IMG/VR virus record: IMGVR_UViG_2529293060_000014
Source of the DNA: a virus
Taxonomy: Duplodnaviria; Heunggongvirae; Uroviricota; Caudoviricetes
Length of the DNA: 41,046 bases
Strand: one strand, 5' to 3'
The position numbers and the translations under genes are program-made. Below the pieces are notes generated by a model, which was not told the origin of the DNA, made no database searches, and worked only from the letters and a program-made list of their open reading frames with translations. Of the stretch, positions 18,225 to 26,294 are shown one piece after another. How positions within the stretch are numbered: the first letter of the stretch is position 1; each line of letters begins with the position of its first letter.

Positions 18225-19283
18225 TTACGCTCCGGTTTCTGCTGCGGCGGCGCTGAAGTCGCCAATCTGGATGTTTTCCACCAGTGCGGCGCAGCGGTAG
18301 TCCTCAACCACATAGGCTTCGTTAACGGATTCAAAGTTTTCAATCCGGTCACGTTTCGGGTTGTCGATAACTGAACGGCGGCGAGTGTCTTCCTGCCAGT
18401 AGATGGACAGGTTATCCAGACGGGTGATCAGCAGCGCATTCGGCGGGAAGAACGGCGCACGCACGGCCTGCAGGCCACCCATGCGTTTCTGGCTGATGAT
18501 CATATCTGCAGCCAGTTTTTCACTGTTCTCCTGCTCTTTGTTGACCAGCGGGAAATACTTGTCAGACAACAGTTCACGACCGCAAATCACCACCAGATCG
18601 TCATCGTCCTGGTAAACCACGTCGATAAGCTCATTAACGGCATCCATCACCACGGCGTCCAGGTTGGCATATTCGCCACCTTTACCGACTTTCACCGCGC
18701 CCGGTGTGGTTTCACCGCCCGTGGTGGTGCTGCCCATGACGTGATCCGGTGCATCCTCACGGATTTTCTGTAGCCAGCCTTTATTCACATCCTGCAGCAG
18801 CGGGTTTTCGCTGCGGTTGGAGGTTTTCGCACGCTTCACGCCGTTAAAGCCGATCATGATGCGGTCCAGTGCCTGACGTTTCACGATGGCGTCACGGATA
18901 CGCACCTGGAAATCCTGAAACTTCGCCCACAGGTCCAGCTTCGCGTAGGTCAGCACCGTGTCAAAGTTGGTCTGCTCGCATTTATATTCCACATCGACCA
19001 TCAGCGTCGGATCGACAGGCTCACGCTCTTTTGCGGTGGTATCAGTGGTTCCGGCAATGGTGCTGCCAACACCCAGCCCCAGCAACTGACCAGACTGCTC
19101 AGTCACTGGCGTGACGTTAATCAGCGTCAGGAATGCGGCGGATTGCTGGATCTGGTCTTCCAGCGTCTGCTGCACAGACGGCTCTACAGTAAACTTGCTG
19201 GACAGTTCTTCAACTGCCACACCGTTCAGACGCGCCAGCTGCTGCAGGTAAGCGTTAAAAGCAAAGCGGGTATTCTTCTTCAT
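18225..19283 (-). CDS. N: major capsid protein
   Basis: 352 aa; P2 gpN is about the same size. Confidence 0.9.
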   Translation of the reverse strand: MKKNTRFAFNAYLQQLARLNGVAVEELSSKFTVEPSVQQTLEDQIQQSAAFLTLINVTPVTEQSGQLLGLGVGSTIAGTTDTTAKEREPVDPTLMVDVEYKCEQTNFDTVLTYAKLDLWAKFQDFQVRIRDAIVKRQALDRIMIGFNGVKRAKTSNRSENPLLQDVNKGWLQKIREDAPDHVMGSTTTGGETTPGAVKVGKGGEYANLDAVVMDAVNELIDVVYQDDDDLVVICGRELLSDKYFPLVNKEQENSEKLAADMIISQKRMGGLQAVRAPFFPPNALLITRLDNLSIYWQEDTRRRSVIDNPKRDRIENFESVNEAYVVEDYRCAALVENIQIGDFSAAAAETGA

Positions 19284-19299
19284 CAGGTTTTGTGCTCCA

Positions 19300-20133
19300 T
19301 CAGCAATTGGTCAGAGTGTCAGCGGGGGCGTTACCGCCTGTTGCACGCTGGCGGTAGTCCTGGCGGCTGTCTTCATGGCTCAGCTTGTCCACCAGTTCGT
19401 TAAAGGCGGTCTGCTGTGCCTGCAGAACAGTCTCCAGCTCAGACAGGCGTTCTTCCTGCTCAGACAGGGATTTTTCGGTGCGCGCACTCAGGTTCTGCTG
19501 CTCAGTGGCAACCAGTTCCACGGCCTTATGCACATCAGAGAACCGGGCGTCATCGGACTGCTCTTTTTTGGTGAACAGCGCCGTGACGCGGGAAAACAGG
19601 GACGGTTTGTCATCCTGGATTTCTTCCAGTTCGATCACCGTTTCCTCTGCAGCAGTAAAAAGATTGGCGGGATTCTGCTTGCGGTTTGCCAGCGGGTTAT
19701 GGGCTGCACTGGCGCTGAATGTCAGCATTTCCGTACCCAGACTGGCAGGGTCATCAGTGGCAGCCAGGCCGACCAGGTAGGCTTTGCCCGTATCAGCGAA
19801 CTTCGGGCTGACTTCCATAGAGGTGAATAATTTCTGGCCTTTTTTCACCAGCTCCACCAGGGACTCCGTTGGCTCAACGTCGGCATACAGTGCCATCTTG
19901 CCCGCCAGCGGACCTTCCGTGATTTCTTCAGCAAACAGCGCCGTCACCTTGCCGTAGCGGTTAAAGGTGCTGTCCGGCAGATAAGACTTGATGTGCTCAA
20001 GGTTAATCAGCGCGGTATACACCGCCGGGTTGTAGCTGGCTGCCATCTGTTCCAGCCATTCACGCTGGATTTCGCGTCCGTCGGTGGTGGCACCTTCCAC
20101 CCCGATGCGAAAACGCTTTGCTTTCACTGTCAT
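19300..20133 (-). CDS. O: capsid scaffolding protein
   Basis: 277 aa; first gene of the O operon, divergent from P. Confidence 0.85.
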   Translation of the reverse strand: MTVKAKRFRIGVEGATTDGREIQREWLEQMAASYNPAVYTALINLEHIKSYLPDSTFNRYGKVTALFAEEITEGPLAGKMALYADVEPTESLVELVKKGQKLFTSMEVSPKFADTGKAYLVGLAATDDPASLGTEMLTFSASAAHNPLANRKQNPANLFTAAEETVIELEEIQDDKPSLFSRVTALFTKKEQSDDARFSDVHKAVELVATEQQNLSARTEKSLSEQEERLSELETVLQAQQTAFNELVDKLSHEDSRQDYRQRATGGNAPADTLTNC

Positions 20134-20211
20134 GAGCCGTGCTCCGTTAGAAAAAACTTACTGGAGCCTTATGGTTGCGGTGATGGGGGCAGGGAAACAA
20201 TGCGCGGTATT

Positions 20212-20229
20212 TGTACCGACAACCACACA
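20212..20229 (-). promoter_or_regulatory. candidate Ogr-type late-promoter activator site (TGT-N12-ACA) for the O operon
   Basis: TGTACCGACAACCACACA centred about 87 bp upstream of the O start codon, in the divergent O/P intergenic region. Confidence 0.4.
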
Positions 20230-20275
20230 AACCGCAGGCGGGGAAAGCCTTCATTCAAGGCTGTAGGTTTGTGCC

Positions 20276-22042
20276 ATGAACACCACACTGACACCCGCAG
20301 ATCTCGATCCCCGTCGGCAGGCCATGCTGCTGTACTTTCAGGGATACCGCGTAGCCCGCATTGCTGAAATGCTGGGCGAGAAAGTTGCAACCGTTCACAG
20401 CTGGAAAAAACGCGACAAGTGGGGTGACTATGGGCCGCTGGATCAGATGCAGCTCACCACCGCCGCACGCTACTGCCAGCTCATTATGAAGGAGCACAAA
20501 GAAGGGAAAGATTTCAAAGAGATTGACCTGCTGGCGCGCCAGTCGGAACGCCACGCGCGGATCGGCAAGTTTAACAATGGCGGCAACGAAGCCGACTTAA
20601 ACCCTAACGTCGCCAACCGCAACAAAGGCCCGCGCCGTCAGCCGGAAAAGAATGTTTTCACCGATGAGCAGATTGAGAAGCTGGAAGAAATCTTCCATTC
20701 CTCCATGTTCAACTACCAGCGCCACTGGTGGGAAGCCGGAAAAACCAACCGCATCCGCAACCTGCTGAAGTCACGCCAGATCGGCGCGACCTTTTACTTT
20801 GCCCGTGAAGCCCTGATTGACGCTCTGCTTACCGGACGTAACCAGATTTTCCTTTCCGCCAGCAAGGCACAGGCCCACGTCTTTAAGCAGTACATCATCG
20901 ACTTCGCCAAAGAAGTGGAAGTGGAGCTGAAAGGCGATCCGATGGTGCTTCCCAACGGGGCCACACTGTATTTCCTCGGCACCAATGCCCGCACGGCCCA
21001 GAGTTACCACGGCAACCTGTATCTGGATGAATATTTCTGGATACCGAAATTCCAGGAGCTGCGCAAAGTGGCTTCCGGTATGGCTATTCACAAAAAATGG
21101 CGACAAACCTATTTTTCCACGCCATCCAGCCTGACACACAGTGCTTATCCGTTCTGGTCCGGTGCGCTATTCAACCGTGGGCGCAATAAAGCCGACAAGG
21201 TGGACATCGACCTGTCCCACAGCAATCTGGCTCCAGGCCTGCTGTGTGCAGACGGGCAATACCGCCAGATAGTCACCGTGGAAGATGCGGTGCGCGGCGG
21301 CTGTAACCTGTTCGACCTTGACCAGTTGCGCATGGAATACAGCCCGGACGAATACCAGAACCTGCTGATGTGTGAATTCGTGGACGATCTCGCGTCCGTG
21401 TTCCCGCTCAGCGAGCTGCAGGCGTGCATGGTGGACAGCTGGGAAGTCTGGACCGACTTTCATGCACTGGCCCTGCGCCCGTTTGGCTGGCGCGAAGTGT
21501 GGATCGGTTATGACCCGGCAAAAGGTACGCAAAACGGCGACAGCGCCGGGTGCGTGGTGGTGGCACCGCCAGCCGTGCCGGGCGGTAAGTTCCGCATTCT
21601 TGAGCGTCACCAGTGGCGCGGGATGGACTTCCGCGCCCAGGCTGACGCCATCAAAAAACTGACCGAACAGTACAACGTGACATACATCGGCATCGACTCA
21701 ACTGGCGTCGGCCACGGGGTTTACGAGAACGTGAAAGCGTTTTTTCCAGCCGTCCGGGAGTTTGTCTACAACCCCAACGTTAAAAACGCCCTGGTACTCA
21801 AGGCCTACGACATTATCAGCCACCGCCGTCTGGAGTTTGACGCCGGGCACACCGACATTGCGCAGTCATTCATGGCAATCCGTCGCGCCACCACCGCCAG
21901 CGGCAACCGCCCGACCTATGAAGCCAGCCGCAGCGAAGAAGCCAGCCACGCCGATCTGGCTTGGGCAACGATGCACGCATTGTTTAACGAACCGCTGCAG
22001 GGCGAATCCGCCAATACCAGCAATATTGTGGAGATTTTTTGA
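20276..22042 (+). CDS. P: terminase large (ATPase) subunit
   Basis: 588 aa; N-terminus resembles P2 gpP as recalled; followed by the portal gene with overlapping stop/start. Confidence 0.9.
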   Translation: MNTTLTPADLDPRRQAMLLYFQGYRVARIAEMLGEKVATVHSWKKRDKWGDYGPLDQMQLTTAARYCQLIMKEHKEGKDFKEIDLLARQSERHARIGKFNNGGNEADLNPNVANRNKGPRRQPEKNVFTDEQIEKLEEIFHSSMFNYQRHWWEAGKTNRIRNLLKSRQIGATFYFAREALIDALLTGRNQIFLSASKAQAHVFKQYIIDFAKEVEVELKGDPMVLPNGATLYFLGTNARTAQSYHGNLYLDEYFWIPKFQELRKVASGMAIHKKWRQTYFSTPSSLTHSAYPFWSGALFNRGRNKADKVDIDLSHSNLAPGLLCADGQYRQIVTVEDAVRGGCNLFDLDQLRMEYSPDEYQNLLMCEFVDDLASVFPLSELQACMVDSWEVWTDFHALALRPFGWREVWIGYDPAKGTQNGDSAGCVVVAPPAVPGGKFRILERHQWRGMDFRAQADAIKKLTEQYNVTYIGIDSTGVGHGVYENVKAFFPAVREFVYNPNVKNALVLKAYDIISHRRLEFDAGHTDIAQSFMAIRRATTASGNRPTYEASRSEEASHADLAWATMHALFNEPLQGESANTSNIVEIF

Positions 22043-23073
22043 TGGGAAAGAGTAAGAAGAACCGCGCTGCGTCACAGAACCAGACCCAGCATAAAAGCCA
22101 GACTTCAGCCGAAGCATTCAGCTTTGGCGATCCCATTCCTGTACTGGACCGCCGCGAACTGCTGGACTATGTGGAATGCGTACAGACAGATCGTTGGTAT
22201 GAGCCGCCAGTGAGTTTCGACGGGCTGGCGCGCACCTTTCGCGCCGCCGTGCATCACAGCTCACCGATTGCAGTAAAGTGCAACATTCTGACCAGCACCT
22301 ACATCCCTCACCCGCTGCTCAGCCAGCAGGCTTTTTCACGTTTTGTGCAGGACTATCTGGTATTTGGTAACGCCTACCTGGAGAAACGCACGAACCGCTT
22401 CGGTGAAGTTATCGCCCTTGAACCGGCCCTAGCAAAATACACCCGACGCGGGTTAGACCTGGATACCTACTGGTTTGTGCAATACGGCATGACCACGCAG
22501 CCGTATCAGTTCACGAAAGGCAGTATCTTTCATCTGATGGAACCGGACATCAACCAGGAGATCTACGGCCTGCCCGGTTATCTTTCTGCCATTCCATCCG
22601 CCCTGCTCAACGAGTCCGCCACGCTGTTCCGTCGAAAGTATTACATTAACGGCAGTCATGCTGGCTTCATCATGTACATGACCGATGCCGCGCAGAACCA
22701 GGAGGATGTGAACAACCTCCGCAACGCGATGAAAAGCGCCAAAGGTCCAGGCAATTTCCGCAACCTGTTTATGTACTCCCCCAATGGCAAAAAGGATGGT
22801 ATTCAGATCATCCCACTGTCAGAGGTAGCGGCAAAAGATGAGTTTCTGAACATCAAAAACGTGAGCCGGGATGACATGATGGCTGCCCACCGCGTGCCGC
22901 CTCAGATGATGGGGATTATGCCTAGCAATGTTGGGGGGTTTGGTGATGTGGAAAAAGCAAGCAAAGTGTTTGTTAGAAATGAATTAATCCCATTGCAAAG
23001 AAGGATTCAAGAACTTAACGAATGGCTTAACATAGAAGTTATTATCTTTTCTCCATATAATTTATCCAATTGA
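22039..23073 (+). CDS. Q: portal (capsid vertex) protein
   Basis: 344 aa, the size of P2 gpQ; transcribed toward the cos-like site. Confidence 0.9.
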   Translation: MMGKSKKNRAASQNQTQHKSQTSAEAFSFGDPIPVLDRRELLDYVECVQTDRWYEPPVSFDGLARTFRAAVHHSSPIAVKCNILTSTYIPHPLLSQQAFSRFVQDYLVFGNAYLEKRTNRFGEVIALEPALAKYTRRGLDLDTYWFVQYGMTTQPYQFTKGSIFHLMEPDINQEIYGLPGYLSAIPSALLNESATLFRRKYYINGSHAGFIMYMTDAAQNQEDVNNLRNAMKSAKGPGNFRNLFMYSPNGKKDGIQIIPLSEVAAKDEFLNIKNVSRDDMMAAHRVPPQMMGIMPSNVGGFGDVEKASKVFVRNELIPLQRRIQELNEWLNIEVIIFSPYNLSN

Positions 23074-23080
23074 ATTTAAT

Positions 23081-23097
23081 GGGTAGTAAAACTACCC
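23081..23097. terminator. hairpin between convergent Q and DprA-like gene
   Basis: GGGTAGT-AAA-ACTACCC; only weak flanking T-runs. Confidence 0.4.
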
Positions 23098-23098
23098 A

Positions 23099-24076
23099 CT
23101 AAATCAGAAAGTGACTCATATTAGATCTATAAATATCAGAATTTATCTTAATTTTGCTTATTGACTCAGATATTACATTCATCAGTGAATCATAGTCTTG
23201 ACTAGTGCGCAAGGGATTAGCCAATTCATTATCAACAAGTTGTTGAGTTCCTTCGCAATTAAGTCCCAGTGGATTATCAGCCTTATGCGGTACAACAGCA
23301 AAAATAGGTCTTGCCGCTTTAATAGCAAAATCCGCCTGCGTCATTGTCCCACTATTTTTTGCTGCTTCGATTAGTATCGAAACTGCTGATAAACCTACCT
23401 GGATTCTGTTGCGTTGCACAAATGACTGCTTGAATGCAGGCCTCCCTACAGGATACTCAGAAATCCAAGCCCCACCGTTAGATAAAATTTCATTTGCTAA
23501 TCTAGCATTTTGTTTAGGCTTAGCGCTCTCTAAACCATGAGCTAATACAGCAATTGTTTTAGCACCTGCCTTAAGAGCTGCCTTGTGTGCATTTGTATCA
23601 GTACCAATAGCTAGGCCGCTTACAATCACCACACCTCTTTCACAGATTTTCTTGGTAATTCTCTTCGTAATTTCTTCCCCTGCCATAGAAACTTCACGAG
23701 AACCAACAATTGCAACTCCTGGCATCTCACTAAGAATATTTACGTCCCCCTTCAAATATAACATTGCTGGGGGATTTGGCGTAATTGCTAAACAAATAGG
23801 GTATTTAGCATCTCCAAAAGGAATTGGAACAATCCCCAATGACAAATGCTTGCTCAAATAGTCTTCAGCATTATGCAATGACGCTATAGAAAAGGCGGAT
23901 TTTAAAATCCCGGCTGAATTAACACACTCAACCAATTCATATTCATCGGAAATAATATGGAATGGAATATCGTTAAATAATTTAAGCAACCCTTGTTCTG
24001 ATGCAAGTCTATCAACCTGTACCGATAGACCTAACAATATTTTGAATTGGGAAGGGTGCATTATTTCACTCCTCAT
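23099..24076 (-). CDS. DprA/Smf-like Rossmann-fold protein (ShosA-like putative antitoxin)
   Basis: 325 aa; central VAIVGSREVS...GVVIVSGLAIGTDTNAHKAALKAGAKTIAVLAHGLE...YP...RNRI matches the DprA nucleotide-binding fold; AT-rich; overlaps the upstream PRTase gene by 11 nt. Confidence 0.7.
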   Translation of the reverse strand: MRSEIMHPSQFKILLGLSVQVDRLASEQGLLKLFNDIPFHIISDEYELVECVNSAGILKSAFSIASLHNAEDYLSKHLSLGIVPIPFGDAKYPICLAITPNPPAMLYLKGDVNILSEMPGVAIVGSREVSMAGEEITKRITKKICERGVVIVSGLAIGTDTNAHKAALKAGAKTIAVLAHGLESAKPKQNARLANEILSNGGAWISEYPVGRPAFKQSFVQRNRIQVGLSAVSILIEAAKNSGTMTQADFAIKAARPIFAVVPHKADNPLGLNCEGTQQLVDNELANPLRTSQDYDSLMNVISESISKIKINSDIYRSNMSHFLI

Positions 24077-24635
24077 AATTAGCTGTTTCTAGTAACGCCA
24101 GTGGCAATATTGTCTTTGCGCCTGCATATCTTAACAGATAATAGCACGCCGTCATACTCCCCCCAGTTGTAGTAACATCATCAATAAGGAGAATAACCTT
24201 ATCAGCCACATTGGATGTAACTCCGATTGTTGACATATGATGTTCGACAGAACGATCTCCGCCCCCCTTATGAGCACTCACTACTGTTGTTTTTCTCTGT
24301 AATGATTGGTTATATACAGCATTAGGAAATTTTTTCGCAATATCTTGCGCTATTTTTATTAAAGCTTGAGATACTTTTCCCTCAGCATGAGAAGGAACAA
24401 TTGTTATCTCAAAGGGCACGTCGGTAAAAGCAACCCTACCAATCACATAGCTTTGGAGGCTAGAAGTTAAAAGTTGGGTAAAAATATTAACAGCCTTTGC
24501 ATACCCGGAATTTGAAGCGTCCTTCAAATCCATCATTGCCTTTGAAAGTCTATCCCCGGAACGAGGATTTCGCTCTCCTCGATATCGCCAAGGATGATAT
24601 GTACCGCAAGAGTAAATTTTGATTGGCCCCATCAT
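24066..24635 (-). CDS. phosphoribosyltransferase-domain protein (ShosT-like putative toxin/effector)
   Basis: 189 aa; C-terminal type-I PRTase motif VILLIDDVTTTGGSMTA; AT-rich codon usage unlike the phage core. Confidence 0.7.
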   Translation of the reverse strand: MMGPIKIYSCGTYHPWRYRGERNPRSGDRLSKAMMDLKDASNSGYAKAVNIFTQLLTSSLQSYVIGRVAFTDVPFEITIVPSHAEGKVSQALIKIAQDIAKKFPNAVYNQSLQRKTTVVSAHKGGGDRSVEHHMSTIGVTSNVADKVILLIDDVTTTGGSMTACYYLLRYAGAKTILPLALLETANYEE

Positions 24636-24761
24636 TTTTCTGCGCCTTAAGAGTAGATATATCCATATTAAATGGATACTTACATCATTTACAACCCAAA
24701 AAATGACACCAAGTTATCACTAATGACTTAGGTTCAAATGCCAAACTAACTCTCTGCGCGC

Positions 24762-24781
24762 GCTCGTATCCCCGCCACGCC
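24762..24781 (-). other. candidate cos cohesive-end site
   Basis: Minus strand reads GGCGTGGCGGGGATACGAGCGCGCGC, resembling the P2/186 cohesive ends I recall (GGCG[A/T]GGCGGGGAAAGCA) followed by a GCGCGC tract; no search run. Confidence 0.4.
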
Positions 24782-25123
24782 TGCCCGCTTTATGTAGTGG
24801 TTTTCATGCAGGTGCATGATCTACGCAAAAGCCCGCCAGTTCTGGCGGGCTTTAGCAAAAACGATCCTCAAACGATCATGCAATCTCATGCAGCATAGAC
24901 ATGCACAGACGAGTAAAGCGAATCGGACTTTACGCAAGGTGAACTCCTCAGCGGGCATAATCAGTATGTCGGAAGATCTCTAAAAATGAATAATTCGGTT
25001 AACAGGTATGCTTACAAAAGCATATATTTGATTAAAAATCATGTAAGGGGGAGGATCTCAAACTGAATCGCCACGGGTTTTACAAATTTCGATAGTCTCT
25101 CTAACGTTTCGGCTGAGGTCAAA

Positions 25124-25549
25124 ATGAAAAGCTTTTACGTATTAATTTTAATTCTGGTTGCAAGCTTTGTTAGCGTCCCAGTTCAGGCGGTAACAGCTAA
25201 AAACTATGAGAAAGGAACTAAAGCTCAACAGAAATCAATATCTTACCTTTCATGTGCATTCTATGGCAGTAGCACACAATTAGATCCTAGCTACACGGAG
25301 CAAGTACCTACAGCCGATATCAAGATATTACAGAAAGCAGCTTACCACGCTTACAACGATGCGCTCTCATACTTTGGTTATGAGGAACCAGATCACGAAC
25401 AACGCATAATTGATTATGCTGAATTTGTGGCGTCGCAAGAAGCTGTGTTATGGGATAAACCGGGAATGAATGGAAAGCAGGTAACACTAATTGCTCGTTC
25501 TCTCTACAATGAGAGTAACTGTAACTTGTTACTGGACTCAATTAAGTAG
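25124..25549 (+). CDS. hypothetical secreted protein (signal peptide, cleavage after VQA)
   Basis: 141 aa; N-terminal MKSFYVLILILVASFVSVPVQA; AT-rich; no recognisable domain. Confidence 0.6.
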   Translation: MKSFYVLILILVASFVSVPVQAVTAKNYEKGTKAQQKSISYLSCAFYGSSTQLDPSYTEQVPTADIKILQKAAYHAYNDALSYFGYEEPDHEQRIIDYAEFVASQEAVLWDKPGMNGKQVTLIARSLYNESNCNLLLDSIK

Positions 25550-25708
25550 GAAAAAGATGGTATTTTGCCCGTAGTTTCAACCTTAATCTCCGAACCTGTC
25601 GCAGAACGGGCGTTCACTCATCAAATAAACGCCACACCTAACGCCTCACTGTACTCGTTGTTCAACCTTGCTGACGCCAGAAGCAATTTCAGACGCCAGC
25701 AACGTTTC

Positions 25709-26014
25709 TTAATGCAGCCAGCTGTCGTCTTCCCACACCTTCTGCATAATTTTCATCACTTGTTTTCTTTCTTCGTCCAGTTGCAGTCCGGTCAGTTCCA
25801 CACCGTTAGAGCTACCTTTACGGATACGGATTACCGTTTTGGGATACAGGGGGCGCAGATTGCGGTAAAGCTCGGATTCAAGGGCGTCCAGGGTAGACTG
25901 GCTAATCTTCTGCTCTTTATCGATCATTATTTCAATGCGCATAAAAGTCACCTCAGCTGATGACATCCATTGAGCGGTTGTATTCGTGGGTTCTGATTTT
26001 TGCCATGAGTTCAT
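25709..26014 (-). CDS. DinI-family protein (possibly the C-terminal part of a 186 Tum-like SOS antirepressor)
   Basis: From MRIEIMIDKEQKISQSTLDALESELYRNLRPLYPKTVIRIR...KVWEDDSW the ORF resembles DinI; start ambiguous (26014, 25966 or 25942). Confidence 0.6.
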   Translation of the reverse strand: MNSWQKSEPTNTTAQWMSSAEVTFMRIEIMIDKEQKISQSTLDALESELYRNLRPLYPKTVIRIRKGSSNGVELTGLQLDEERKQVMKIMQKVWEDDSWLH

Positions 26015-26141
26015 CAGTCAATTCAGAAACCCACTGCAGAGCCAGCCCCTTCTCTTCATCACTACACTCACTAGCCGCTACAAGCTTAAGAAAAAAATCA
26101 ATGCGCTGGAGCTTCAAAGACTCCAAAAAATAGTCCTGCAT
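25953..26141 (-). CDS. small SOS-controlled protein (62 aa), possible Tum N-terminal part
   Basis: Start at MQDYFLE with AGGAGG SD 4 nt upstream; lies immediately downstream of a consensus LexA box; track ORF extends to 26243 but that would place the LexA box inside the coding region. Confidence 0.5.
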   Translation of the reverse strand: MQDYFLESLKLQRIDFFLKLVAASECSDEEKGLALQWVSELTDELMAKIRTHEYNRSMDVIS

Positions 26142-26183
26142 CTTTCCTCCTATGACACCACACGCAACACTGTATGTATAACC

Positions 26184-26202
26184 ACTGTTTATATTTACAG
26201 TA
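26184..26202. promoter_or_regulatory. LexA box (SOS operator)
   Basis: CACTGTTTATATTTACAGT: CTGT-N8-ACAG with AT-rich spacer, close to the consensus TACTGTATATATATACAGTA. Confidence 0.7.
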
Positions 26203-26294
26203 TATAATAATCTTACTGATGTAAAACGTTTTTTTACGTTCATCAGCCTGATATGCCTGGTATTATTAAGAGCACGAATTGTTAACCCGCGTAA

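Noticed and set aside
23099-24635. Retron or reverse-transcriptase-associated PRTase effector
   Set aside because: No reverse transcriptase ORF or msr/msd-like structured repeat is adjacent; the partner is DprA-like.
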